Shown here in pieces: positions 7,979 to 17,068 of a stretch of DNA of 29,411 bases. Below the pieces are notes generated by a model that was given only the letters and a program-made list of their open reading frames with translations, was not told the origin of the DNA and made no database searches. Within the stretch, counting starts at the first letter, position 1, and each line of letters begins with the position of its first letter. A program made the position numbers and the translations under genes. Location of the stretch: the NCBI GenBank assembly GCA_046485285.1, contig JAWOHE010000027.1, positions 1 to 29,411 of the forward strand. The letters are read 5' to 3'. Origin of the DNA: a bacterium. GTDB taxonomy: Bacteria; Hydrothermota; Tepidihabitantia; Tepidihabitantales; Tepidihabitantaceae.

Positions 7979-9513
7979 TGCCTCCGGGTCCGCGGCAGGG
8001 CGGGACGTTGCCTCCCATTGCCCTGCCTCAGGGAGCCGAAGATGAACGAAGTGATCGCGACCATCCTGCCCGGACCGCCCGCAGAGTAGCTCGAAACACG
8101 GCACACCTGACCGTGTCCGACGCGGCCGGGAAGCTGCTGATGTTCGTTTTCTTCGTAGTTGCTGCTCGGCATCTCGGGGTCGAGCGCTTCGGGTTGTTGT
8201 CATTCGCCCTGGCATACGTGGCGATGTTCGCCGTCTTCGCTGAGTTCGGGTTGGGAGCAGTGGTAGCCCGGGAGATCGCCCGTGACGACCGGGCGGTACG
8301 CCGGCTGGTAAACAACGCGCTGACCATCAAGTTGCTCGCCAGCGCGCTGCTGATGGCGGCGGCCTCCTTGTCGGTGATCGCGCTCCGCTACCCGCCTCGG
8401 ACAGTCGCGGTCACGGCAATCTCGAGCTGCTACATTCTCGTGAGCGCGGTGGCGCTGCTCTATCACTTCGTCTTCCAAGGATTCGAGAAAACCGTGTTTG
8501 CCGCGGTCGCCCGCGTGCTCCAGACCGTGGTCTTGACAGTCGGCGCGGTGATGCTCGCCCGCGGAACGGCAAGCGTGATCGGCTATGCCTGGCTGTACGT
8601 TGTCGCCGGCGCCGTCGGGGCGTTGACCGCCTGGATAATCGCCTCCGGCGCCTTCGTTCGTCCCGGCTTGGGCTTTGATCTGTCGGTGTGGGGTAGCCTC
8701 TTGCGCCGGTCATTGCCGATAGGATTGGCGTCGGTTTTCGCGATGCTCTACTACTGGAATGGCTCGGCTCTCCTTTCGCGGATGAACGGCGATGCCGCCG
8801 TCGGCCTCTATAACGCGCCCTTCCGGCTGGTGATGGGACTCGGCTTTCTCGCCCAGGGCTTCTCGGGTGCCGTCTACCCGGTGATGTCACGACTGCATCT
8901 GTCTGACCACGCGCGACTCCATGAAGTGTTTGCCCGTTCCTTTCGCTATATCGCGATGCTCGCGGTCGGGTTCATCGTGATCGGCAGTTGCCTGGCGCGG
9001 CCCGCAATACTGCTGCTCTACGGCGCTGACTACGTCGGTTCGGTGCCAGTCATGGCGGTGTTGGTTTGGTGGGGCGGATTCACCAGTCTCAACGCGCTCC
9101 TCAGTCTGAGCCTCTATGCCGTCGACCGGCCGCAGGTGGTAGCAGTCCAGGCCGCGGTCGCGCTTGTGTTGAGCGTCGGGCTGAATTTGCTGATGATTCC
9201 CCGCTACGGGGCGAGCGGTGTAGCAGTGGCGATCGTCGTCGCCGAGGCGGCGGGGTTCGGTTGGCTAATGGCCGCCCTGTCGACAGGTGTGTTCGCCCGG
9301 GCCTGGCGTCGGGCACTGCGTTCTCTGCCCAGGGTTCTCGCCGCCGCGGTGGTCGCGGGTGGCGCGGGCCTGTTGATTGCGCGCTGGAATGTCCTCGCCG
9401 GAGTCTCCGTCGGGGTGGCCGGGTATCCTCTTCTGCTTTTTGGCCTGCGGGCGCTAGTCAGAGACGATGCCGAGTTGCTGAGGCTCGTACTCAGCCGGGA
9501 AGATGATCACTAG
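7978..9513 (+). CDS. wzx: Wzx-type polysaccharide flippase (MATE-like)
   Basis: VARNT, ARHLGVERFGLLSFA, EFGL..VVAREIA, AVGLYNAPFRL and LN.LMIPRYG..G.A.A motifs with many TMs. TGATG coupling at 7976-7980 (start inferred). Confidence 0.88.
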   Translation: MPPGPRQGGTLPPIALPQGAEDERSDRDHPARTARRVARNTAHLTVSDAAGKLLMFVFFVVAARHLGVERFGLLSFALAYVAMFAVFAEFGLGAVVAREIARDDRAVRRLVNNALTIKLLASALLMAAASLSVIALRYPPRTVAVTAISSCYILVSAVALLYHFVFQGFEKTVFAAVARVLQTVVLTVGAVMLARGTASVIGYAWLYVVAGAVGALTAWIIASGAFVRPGLGFDLSVWGSLLRRSLPIGLASVFAMLYYWNGSALLSRMNGDAAVGLYNAPFRLVMGLGFLAQGFSGAVYPVMSRLHLSDHARLHEVFARSFRYIAMLAVGFIVIGSCLARPAILLLYGADYVGSVPVMAVLVWWGGFTSLNALLSLSLYAVDRPQVVAVQAAVALVLSVGLNLLMIPRYGASGVAVAIVVAEAAGFGWLMAALSTGVFARAWRRALRSLPRVLAAAVVAGGAGLLIARWNVLAGVSVGVAGYPLLLFGLRALVRDDAELLRLVLSREDDH

Positions 9514-10918
9514 CGACTGCCCGGTTACCTCCCGGCCCGGGCGACGAAGCTGGGTGTTCTGGGCTGTCCTCGAACTGCTAGCTATCGGTGGGAGCATCGT
9601 CGGTCTCGTCCGCGGAGAGTCCACGCTCGCGTTGGTGTCGTTGATGCTCCCCCTGCATCTCCTGCTGGTTGGCTTGGTGTTGCGCAACAGCTTCCTCCTG
9701 CTGGCGTTCTTCTCAGTGCTTTTCCCGCTCTCCAGCATGGAATTCCTGCCCCACAGCTACCGCGACCTTGGTCTGTTCATCGGTATACTCGGGCTCCTGC
9801 TTTTCGTCGTGGTTGCCGAGTCGCTGGTTGGCCACCGAGGGGCGCGGCGAGGCCCCGGCCGTGTTGTTGCCGGATTGCTGATATTGGTCGCACTGGCTGC
9901 AGTTACCGCTAATGCTGTTGCGTACCTGCGTGGCTACCCGGGCAGGACAGCGGACCTTGCTGCCCTGCTCGTCGTCCTGCTGACACTATGGCTCTACGCG
10001 GTAGTGCCGGCAACAGCCAAACAGGTTAGGCGACTGGCCTTCCTGGTCGTCGGGGCGTACACCGTCAGCTACTTGGTCCTTCCCTTCCTCCTCGGACCTG
10101 CCGGGTTTCTTGTGACACAGAAGACCTTCGATTCGCTCTTCGGCAGGCTCAACTTCAACCTGATCGGCATGACTGCCGCCGCCTGCACTGGCATTATGTT
10201 GGGGAGCGTTCTTGATGCGCGAGGCTGGCTTCGAGTCGTGCAACTGCTGGCGATTGCCGTCCTGCTGACGGTTGTGCTTTACTCGAAGTCACGCGGAGCG
10301 TGGCTGGGCGTTGGGATGGCGTTTCTTTATGTTCTTGCTCGGTCGAGATCGTTTGCGTTGTTACCAGTGGTCGTTGTCCTTGTCGGGATCCTGCTTTCCT
10401 TCGATGTGTTTCAGTTCGCATTTCGTGTACGAGCCGAGCAGACCGGCACAGACGACCCGGCCCTGCTGGGACGACTTCTGCTCTGGCGCAGCGCGTGGAA
10501 CGCCTTCAGGTCGAACTGGCTCTTTGGGATCGGCGTCGAGAACTTCCGCTACCTCAAGTATGGGTATGGGTTTCCGGTTCTGATCGACCCGAAGCGGTGG
10601 TTCAACACCCACCACCTATTCCTGGAGCAGTTCGTGAGCCTGGGAGCTGCTGGCGGGACGGCCTTTCTACTGCTGCCTGTGCTGGCCTTGGCACGCGTTG
10701 ACAGAGTCGTACGTCAACTGGCAATTGGTCCTTCTCGTGGGTTCGCGATCGGAGTGAACGCCGGGCTGATCGCCCACGCGAGTCACTGTCTCCTCGACAC
10801 TCCCAGTTGGCACGCTTCCACTTTCGTGCTGTGGGGAGCCCTTATCGGACTGGCCCTCGCAACAGCCAATGTCGCGGGTGGTGGGGGGGACGAGGCGGTG
10901 CCGGCTTCGGCGCGGTAG
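9503..10918 (+). CDS. O-antigen ligase / Wzy polymerase family membrane protein
   Basis: Polytopic; SKSRGAWLG, R.LLW..AW..F..N.LFGIG..NF and NTHHLFLE motifs typical of Wzy_C/WaaL. Confidence 0.82.
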   Translation: MITSDCPVTSRPGRRSWVFWAVLELLAIGGSIVGLVRGESTLALVSLMLPLHLLLVGLVLRNSFLLLAFFSVLFPLSSMEFLPHSYRDLGLFIGILGLLLFVVVAESLVGHRGARRGPGRVVAGLLILVALAAVTANAVAYLRGYPGRTADLAALLVVLLTLWLYAVVPATAKQVRRLAFLVVGAYTVSYLVLPFLLGPAGFLVTQKTFDSLFGRLNFNLIGMTAAACTGIMLGSVLDARGWLRVVQLLAIAVLLTVVLYSKSRGAWLGVGMAFLYVLARSRSFALLPVVVVLVGILLSFDVFQFAFRVRAEQTGTDDPALLGRLLLWRSAWNAFRSNWLFGIGVENFRYLKYGYGFPVLIDPKRWFNTHHLFLEQFVSLGAAGGTAFLLLPVLALARVDRVVRQLAIGPSRGFAIGVNAGLIAHASHCLLDTPSWHASTFVLWGALIGLALATANVAGGGGDEAVPASAR

Positions 10919-10924
10919 TCAAGA

Positions 10925-12070
10925 GTGCGCGTAGGTGTTGACGTCAGCGTTCTTGCCTGGCCTCACACAGGCATCGCTCGGTATCTAGGCAACATGCTCA
11001 CCCAGATGCTCCCGCGTAGCAGCGGGCTTGAGTTCTTCCTGTATTCGGCCAGGCCAGTGGGCGTCGGATTCGATGGGAGGTGGCGCCTCCGGGCACACGA
11101 GGGTGTGGGGGGTACAGTGGCCAGCTACTGGATTCAGCAAATCTGTCCCCGCTGGATGAGCGAGGATGGCATTGATGTCTTCTGGGGTCAGAACTACATG
11201 CTGCCGTTGCGGCTTCGTCGTCCGTGTCGTCGAGTGCTGACCCTTCACGACTTAACCGGCCTGCTTATGCCTTGGACCATGCCGGCGCGGCGCCGGTTGA
11301 ACTTCAGGCTGTTCCAGCAGCGCGCGGCGTCAGCCAGTGATTGCCTCGTAGCTGTATCACAGGCGACTGCGCGTCTGGCGAGGGTATGTCTTGGCGTCCC
11401 ACCGTCGAAGCTGCGCGTCGTGCTGGAGGGCTGCGATGCCAGCTTCGCCGTTCCCCCGGGCGGTCGCGTCAAGCCTCGCGCGACGGAGAATGCCCGTGAG
11501 GCCGTGCGGAGGAGGTTTGCGCTTGAGCCGGGCTTCCTTCTGGCGGTCGGGACGATCGAACCGCGAAAGGGTCATGCGACTCTCTTTGGGGCACTCCGGT
11601 CGCTGCCCGATGCGCCAGTGCTTGCAGTCGCAGGCGGCCTGGGCTGGCGGTATAGGGAGATTCTCGGCGAGATGAAGGAACTCGAGGCGACTGGGAGGGT
11701 TCGCTACCTGGGTCGTGTGGACGATGAAGAACTGGTTGATCTGTGCCGTGCGGCAGGCTTGCTCGTCTATCCCTCACTCTACGAGGGATTCGGACTTCCT
11801 GTGCTCGAGGCTATGGCGTGCGGCTGTCCCGTGGTCTGCAGCCGCTCGTCGAGCCTGCCGGAAGTGGGTGGTGATGCCGTGCGGTACTTCACGCCGGGAG
11901 ATGGTGCAGATCTGGCCCGGATTCTCCAAGAGGTGCTCGGCAGGCCTGCCGAGCTCGAGGAGATGCGGACGGCCGGACTCCGGCGTGCCCAGTCCTTCAG
12001 CTTCGGTCGGGCGGCCGATGAGATGATGACCATACTACGGGAGCTGAGTGCCCGAGACTCAAAGGACTGA
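10925..12070 (+). CDS. Glycosyltransferase family 4
   Basis: TGIARY, TLHDL, VGTIEPRKG and YPSLYEGFGLPVLEAMACG motifs. Confidence 0.92.
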   Translation: MRVGVDVSVLAWPHTGIARYLGNMLTQMLPRSSGLEFFLYSARPVGVGFDGRWRLRAHEGVGGTVASYWIQQICPRWMSEDGIDVFWGQNYMLPLRLRRPCRRVLTLHDLTGLLMPWTMPARRRLNFRLFQQRAASASDCLVAVSQATARLARVCLGVPPSKLRVVLEGCDASFAVPPGGRVKPRATENAREAVRRRFALEPGFLLAVGTIEPRKGHATLFGALRSLPDAPVLAVAGGLGWRYREILGEMKELEATGRVRYLGRVDDEELVDLCRAAGLLVYPSLYEGFGLPVLEAMACGCPVVCSRSSSLPEVGGDAVRYFTPGDGADLARILQEVLGRPAELEEMRTAGLRRAQSFSFGRAADEMMTILRELSARDSKD

Positions 12071-12102
12071 TGCAGGTCTGCGCCCCACGTCCCCGCATCC
12101 GG

Positions 12103-12130
12103 TTGACAGCGCTCACGGTGCGAATAGTAT
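12103..12130 (+). promoter_or_regulatory. Putative sigma70 promoter upstream of the porin gene
   Basis: TTGACA (12103-12108), 16 bp, TAGTAT (12125-12130). Confidence 0.55.
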
Positions 12131-12206
12131 CAACCTAGAGGTGTTTACTGCTTGTCTCGTCCGTCGGCAGGGCCGCCGTAAGACGGGCTTGTTCTGCACA
12201 GAGGCA

Positions 12207-13220
12207 ATGGCGTGTCTCTCCCGTGTGGTGTTGACACTCGCGATCCTCGCTGGCACTGCTTTGGCCGACATCGAGCTTGCTGATGGACGTTTGGCGCTTG
12301 ACGCCCTTGGGTCGGCTAATGCCAAGTGGCAGCGGACCGAGAGATTGGGGCTTTCTGCCGGTCGCTTCGACTTCTACCGCTTGAGGGCTCCTGTTGGACT
12401 GATCGGAGTTGTCAACAGGACAGCCCTCTTTCGTGTCAGTTTCGACGCCGGCTTGTACGAAGGGGTCTACGACCTGCATATTAATCTCGGCTGGCCTAAC
12501 GGGTTCGGGCTTAGAGCGGGTCAGTTCCTTCTGCCGGTCGGGCTTGAGGCTATGACGCAGCCGAAGCATGTGAGTTTCGTCGAGCACTCCATCGTGAGGG
12601 CAAACTGGCGGCCTTGGAGTTCCCGTGACGTGGACATCTGGGATCCTCGCGACGTTGGCGTGATGCTGACCTTCGGCAAGGAACACGAGGGGCGACAGTT
12701 TCCCGTCTCCCACGTCGAAGTCGCAGTAGCTGTGGTCAACGGGAGCGGGAAGGGCCAATGGCTTCGTGATGATAATGATTGGAAGGACGTGTGCGGGCGA
12801 GTCGCCGTTAGGCCGATGAGTGGAGTCGACGCGCTCATAGCGGCAAGAGGTTACTACGGCAGGATGGGTACCGAGGGGACGATCTTCCGCAATTCCGCCG
12901 CGGAGTTCAGCGTTAGGTTGGGAAGACTACGACTTGTGGGTGAGGGGCAGCATGCGGTTGCCGGAACGAATACACGAATCACCCTCTACCTGCAGGGCGT
13001 CTACTCAGCGCGTCCGTGGCTGGAGCCAGTTATCCGAACCGACGCGAGCTTCAGACCCAACGAAACGGACCTGGGGCTGACCCCGGGGCTGAACGTAATC
13101 TTCGGAGGTGACCGGCTGAGGCTGATGCTGAACTACGGTTATCGACGACGAATGTCTTCGGACCCCGGCTTGCGCCTAGCTGAGCAGAGACTCCTAGCGC
13201 AACTGCAAGCTTGGCTGTAG
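12207..13220 (+). CDS. Outer-membrane beta-barrel protein, OprO/P porin-like
   Basis: Signal peptide MACLSRVVLTLAILAGTALA; LRAGQF..P.GLE, RDVGVM, VVNGSG and NDWKD..GRV motifs; amphipathic C-terminus LLAQLQAWL. Start uncertain (GTG 12141 is an alternative). Confidence 0.65.
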   Translation: MACLSRVVLTLAILAGTALADIELADGRLALDALGSANAKWQRTERLGLSAGRFDFYRLRAPVGLIGVVNRTALFRVSFDAGLYEGVYDLHINLGWPNGFGLRAGQFLLPVGLEAMTQPKHVSFVEHSIVRANWRPWSSRDVDIWDPRDVGVMLTFGKEHEGRQFPVSHVEVAVAVVNGSGKGQWLRDDNDWKDVCGRVAVRPMSGVDALIAARGYYGRMGTEGTIFRNSAAEFSVRLGRLRLVGEGQHAVAGTNTRITLYLQGVYSARPWLEPVIRTDASFRPNETDLGLTPGLNVIFGGDRLRLMLNYGYRRRMSSDPGLRLAEQRLLAQLQAWL

Positions 13221-13258
13221 CAGGTTCTCAGTATTCGGACCGATAGCCGGGCGACCAA

Positions 13259-14161
13259 CTAGACCGTCAGGTTCCGAAGTGCCCGCGATTCCATCAGGTC
13301 TACCGCTCGGCGGATGAGGCATGTCACGATGGCAGAATGCCGATGCTGAAGGTGCTTCTGGTAGAAGATGCGCATCGCGTCGTAGAATGCGCGCAGCGCC
13401 CGCTCTCGCTCCTCCAAGCTGGCCAGCGAGCTGCCGGCAGTGGTTCCTTTGATGCCGGACGACATCCCTTTGAGATGGGTGATCGACACCCGCGGGTGGT
13501 ACATCACGTGCCAGCCGTCCTGTTTGATGCGGTAGGACCAGTCGAGGTCTTCACCGTAGAGAAAGAACGTCTCGTCGAGCAAACCAACCCGGTCTACCAC
13601 CTTGCGTCGGGTCAGAAAGAAGCAACCGCTTGGCGAGTCGATTTCATGAGTCGTGTCGAGTGACTCGTAGGTCAGATGGTATCGTCCGAACAGCCTAGAT
13701 CGCGGGAACAGGCGGTCCAGCTTCAGGAAGTAACTGAGTGACGCCCAGGGCGTCGGGAATCCGCGGTGGCAGGCGCCGTCCATCTCTCCACTGCCGAGCA
13801 GTACCCGGCAGGTGGCTGCGCCAACCCGAGGGTGGGCGTCCATGAACGCGAGCATCTCCGCGAGGGTCCCCTGCGGCACCGTGGTGTCGGGATTCAGCAG
13901 CAGCAGGTACTCGCCAACTGCATGGCGCAGTCCGATGTTGTTGCCGGCCGCGAAGCCATCGTTGGCCATGGCCTCGATGAACCGAAGCCAGGGAAACTGA
14001 CCGCGTAGCTCCGACCCTGCGAAGGAAGGGTAGGCGTTGTTCACGAGGATGACCTCGACGAGACCGGACGCTGCATCTGGCGTGAGAGACTCGAGACACG
14101 GGCGGACCGCGTCAGCGGTTCCGTAGCTGAGGATGATGACGGACAGCCGCGGGGTGGTCAT
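13259..14161 (-). CDS. Glycosyltransferase family 2 (WbbL-like, candidate rhamnosyltransferase), 300 aa
   Basis: LSVIILSY, NDGFAAGNN.G, LLLNPDT and LLDETFFLYGEDLDW motifs. ATG 14161 overlaps the upstream GT4 stop (ATGA). Confidence 0.88.
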   Translation of the reverse strand: MTTPRLSVIILSYGTADAVRPCLESLTPDAASGLVEVILVNNAYPSFAGSELRGQFPWLRFIEAMANDGFAAGNNIGLRHAVGEYLLLLNPDTTVPQGTLAEMLAFMDAHPRVGAATCRVLLGSGEMDGACHRGFPTPWASLSYFLKLDRLFPRSRLFGRYHLTYESLDTTHEIDSPSGCFFLTRRKVVDRVGLLDETFFLYGEDLDWSYRIKQDGWHVMYHPRVSITHLKGMSSGIKGTTAGSSLASLEERERALRAFYDAMRIFYQKHLQHRHSAIVTCLIRRAVDLMESRALRNLTV

Positions 14162-15288
14162 TGCCCGGCTACCTCGTGGAAGACATCCAGCAGCCTCCGA
14201 GCCGAGTCGTCCCACTGCCAGCGGGCGGCCCGGGCGATGCCGCGGGCGCTCAACTCGGCGCGTAGCACCGCGTCACTGAGAAGCCGGCTGACTGCGGTGG
14301 CAAGGCCCGCGACATCGCTCGGCTCAACCAGCAACCCGGCGTCACCGATTACCTCGGGCATCGACGCTGCATTGGAGACGATAACCGGCGTCCCGCAAGC
14401 CATCGCTTCGAGCGGGGGCAGGCCAAAGCCCTCGTAGAACGACGGGAAAACGAAGCAATCGGCCAGGGAGTAGACGGCCGGCAGGTCACTCACGGTAATG
14501 AAGTCGGTGGTTAGCACGCGGTCCCCGAGTTCGGCGACGGCCCGGTAGATGTCTCGGTTCTGCCAGCCGTAGCTGCGTCCGCCGCCCACAACGAGCACAG
14601 GCGGTTTTCGACCCTGCTGTTCGAGTAGCCGCCAGGCGGCGAGTATGCCGAGCAGGTTCTTCTTGGGTTCCGGTACGCCCACCGTCAAGACGAAGCGGTT
14701 GGGGAGCGAGTACCTTGCCCTTGCAGCGGCGATCCGATCAGGGCTGCGTACCGGGCAGAAGTGCTTGCTCACTCCGTTGGCCACGACCCGAATGCGGGCA
14801 GGCGGGACCTTAAGCCGGTTTTCGAGCTCATTGGCGGTGAATCGCGAAACCGGGAGGACCATGTCGGCAGTCGCAACAGCTTGGCTGAGCGCGCGGCGAA
14901 AGTAGACGGCTTTTAAAGCAGGGTAGTATCGAGGAACCGCGAAGACGCCCAAGTCGTGGACCGTTACGACTCGCGGAATACAGTGCGAGCGCGGCAGGCT
15001 GTTGTGACAGCCCCAGATGACGTCTGCGCCACGCCGTCGGGCGTCGGCGGCCATCAGGTACTGCTCCCACAGGATGCGCAGCGGCCGCCAACCAGTCACT
15101 GGTGTAACCCGTAGACGGCCAGGGGCCAACCGCCCAAGGTTGGTGTTGGTGAGACCGGTCCGGGTCATGTAGACGTGGTAGCGATTAGCTCGCTCCGTCC
15201 GGACGAGCGACTCGAGGATGTTGGCGACATAGGTGCCAACGCCGTGATGGTGCGAGCGCACCGCCGTCGCGTCTACAGCAACGAACAT
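14158..15288 (-). CDS. Glycosyltransferase family 4
   Basis: GVGTY, VTVHDL, VG..EPKKNL and FPSFYEGFGLPPLEAMACG motifs. Confidence 0.92.
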   Translation of the reverse strand: MFVAVDATAVRSHHHGVGTYVANILESLVRTERANRYHVYMTRTGLTNTNLGRLAPGRLRVTPVTGWRPLRILWEQYLMAADARRRGADVIWGCHNSLPRSHCIPRVVTVHDLGVFAVPRYYPALKAVYFRRALSQAVATADMVLPVSRFTANELENRLKVPPARIRVVANGVSKHFCPVRSPDRIAAARARYSLPNRFVLTVGVPEPKKNLLGILAAWRLLEQQGRKPPVLVVGGGRSYGWQNRDIYRAVAELGDRVLTTDFITVSDLPAVYSLADCFVFPSFYEGFGLPPLEAMACGTPVIVSNAASMPEVIGDAGLLVEPSDVAGLATAVSRLLSDAVLRAELSARGIARAARWQWDDSARRLLDVFHEVAGQ

Positions 15289-15340
15289 TGCCTAGAGATT
15301 CTAGCTTCCTGTGCGCGGCGTAATTCGCCGAGAACGAACC

Positions 15341-15368
15341 AGTGTAGCTCAAGCGATGGTCGAGTCAA
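15341..15368 (-). promoter_or_regulatory. Putative sigma70 promoter for the GT4-GT2 pair
   Basis: Minus strand TTGACT (15368-15363), 16 bp, TACACT (15346-15341), about 50 nt upstream of ATG 15288. Confidence 0.55.
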
Positions 15369-15408
15369 ACTGGTACGGTGTTCTGCAACGAGTGCGGAGA
15401 CTGGATGG

Positions 15409-15436
15409 TTGACACCTGTGCGGAATCCATTAGCTT
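15409..15436 (+). promoter_or_regulatory. Putative sigma70 promoter for rmlC-rmlB
   Basis: TTGACA (15409-15414), 16 bp, TAGCTT (15431-15436), 5 nt, ATG 15442 of a 15-codon ORF. Confidence 0.55.
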
Positions 15437-15478
15437 CTAGCATGACTATAGAGTTCCAGCTAAGTGAAGAGCGACTCT

Positions 15479-15976
15479 ATGAGCGATGATACGAGAGGAT
15501 GTGTCGCGGGGGTGCTGCTGCGCGAAGTTGGTGGGCACGAGGATTGCCGCGGGTGGCTCGCGGAGTTGTTTCGGCAGGATGCGCTGGCCGAGGTTGGGCT
15601 TGGGGACGCGCAGCCGGTCATGGGCTACCTGTCGATGACCCGGCCGGGCGTGGCGCGCGGGCCGCACGAGCACCGCGAACAGACCGACTTCTTCGCCTTC
15701 GTCGGCCCGTCGGATTTCGAGGTCACGCTTTGGGACAACCGGCCGGGCTCGTCAACCTTCGGCCGGCGCGAGCGGTTCGTGCTGGGCGCCAGCCGGCCGG
15801 CGACGCTCATCGTCCCGCCAGGCGTGGTCCATGCCTACCGAAATGTCGGCGAGGTCGAGGGCTGGGTGCTCAATTTCCCCAACCGGCTTTACAGGGGGCC
15901 GGGCCGGAAGGCCGTGGTGGATGAGACCCGATACGAGGACGATCCTGACAGTCCGTTCAGACTGGAGGAGAGGTGA
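15479..15976 (+). CDS. rmlC: dTDP-4-dehydrorhamnose 3,5-epimerase family cupin
   Basis: HEDCRGWLAELF, ARGPH, WDNRPGSSTFG and IVPPGVVHAY motifs; overlaps rmlB. Start ATG 15479 or GTG 15464. Confidence 0.85.
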   Translation: MSDDTRGCVAGVLLREVGGHEDCRGWLAELFRQDALAEVGLGDAQPVMGYLSMTRPGVARGPHEHREQTDFFAFVGPSDFEVTLWDNRPGSSTFGRRERFVLGASRPATLIVPPGVVHAYRNVGEVEGWVLNFPNRLYRGPGRKAVVDETRYEDDPDSPFRLEER

Positions 15977-16962
15977 GACTTCTCGTGACCGGGGGCTGCG
16001 GGTTCATCGGCTCGAATTTCATCCGATACCGGCTGGCCGGCACCGATGACTCGATCATCAACCTTGATGCAATGACCTACGCGGCGAACCCGGCCAACTT
16101 GGCTGACATTCCGGGCGCCCGTTACCGGCTGGTCGAGGGCCGGGTCGAGGATGCCGGAGCGGTCGATGTCGCACTGGATGGCGTCGACGCAGTTGTGCAC
16201 TTCGCGGCCGAGAGCCACGTTGATCGGTCGATCGCCGATGCGGCTCCGTTCATCAACACCAACGTGCTGGGGACACAGGTCTTGCTCGACGCCGCCCGCC
16301 GCGCCGGGGTCAGGCGTCTGGTCCACGTCTCGACCGACGAGGTCTACGGAGCACTTGGCAGGGATGGCAGGTTCACCGAGGCAACACCGTTTCGACCTCG
16401 ATCGCCCTACGCGGCGTCCAAGGCGGCGGGCGACCTGCTGGCACAGGCGTACTGGGAGACCCACCGGCTGCCGGTGATAGTCGTGCGGCCATCGAACAAC
16501 TACGGGCCGTACCAGTTCCCGGAGAAGCTCATCCCGGTGATGGTTACGAACCTCGTCGAGGGCCGCAAGGTGCCGGTCTACGGCCGCGGTGAGAATGTTC
16601 GAGACTGGCTGCATGTCGACGACTGCTGCCGGGCGATTGGCCTCGTGCTTGACCGCGGCCGGCCGGGCGAGGCCTACAACATAGGCGGCGCTGCGGAGCG
16701 GCGCAACATCGATGTCGTCAGGCTGGTCGTCGGGCAGATGGGCCTGGGCGAGGATGCGATCGAGTACGTGCCCGACCGGCCTGGCCACGACTTCCGCTAT
16801 GCGCTCGACAACACCAAGATCGAGCACGAACTCGGGTGGCGGCCCGAAACCAGGTTCGAGGATGGCCTGCGCGATACCGTTGCCTGGTATCGTGAGAACC
16901 CCGGCTGGTGGCGGCCGATCAAGGAGCGGCTCGAGCGCTCGACGCGCGGATTCTGGACCTGA
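15973..16962 (+). CDS. rmlB: dTDP-glucose 4,6-dehydratase
   Basis: GGCGFIGSNF, HFAAESHVDRS, STDEVYG, YAASK, NNYGPYQFPEKLIP and DRPGHDFRY motifs; SD GGAGGAG. Confidence 0.95.
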   Translation: MRLLVTGGCGFIGSNFIRYRLAGTDDSIINLDAMTYAANPANLADIPGARYRLVEGRVEDAGAVDVALDGVDAVVHFAAESHVDRSIADAAPFINTNVLGTQVLLDAARRAGVRRLVHVSTDEVYGALGRDGRFTEATPFRPRSPYAASKAAGDLLAQAYWETHRLPVIVVRPSNNYGPYQFPEKLIPVMVTNLVEGRKVPVYGRGENVRDWLHVDDCCRAIGLVLDRGRPGEAYNIGGAAERRNIDVVRLVVGQMGLGEDAIEYVPDRPGHDFRYALDNTKIEHELGWRPETRFEDGLRDTVAWYRENPGWWRPIKERLERSTRGFWT

Positions 16963-17035
16963 GCGCAGGATCCGAGGCACGCGTCCTTCATCAGAGGTTC
17001 GTCGCGCGTGTGGCGGTGGTCGGCGTCCTTTCTCC

Positions 17036-17063
17036 TTGACCACTGACCGGCCGAATCTATAAT
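17036..17063 (+). promoter_or_regulatory. Putative sigma70 promoter, leaderless
   Basis: TTGACC (17036-17041), 16 bp, TATAAT (17058-17063), 5 nt, GTG 17069. Confidence 0.75.
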
Positions 17064-17068
17064 CCCGC

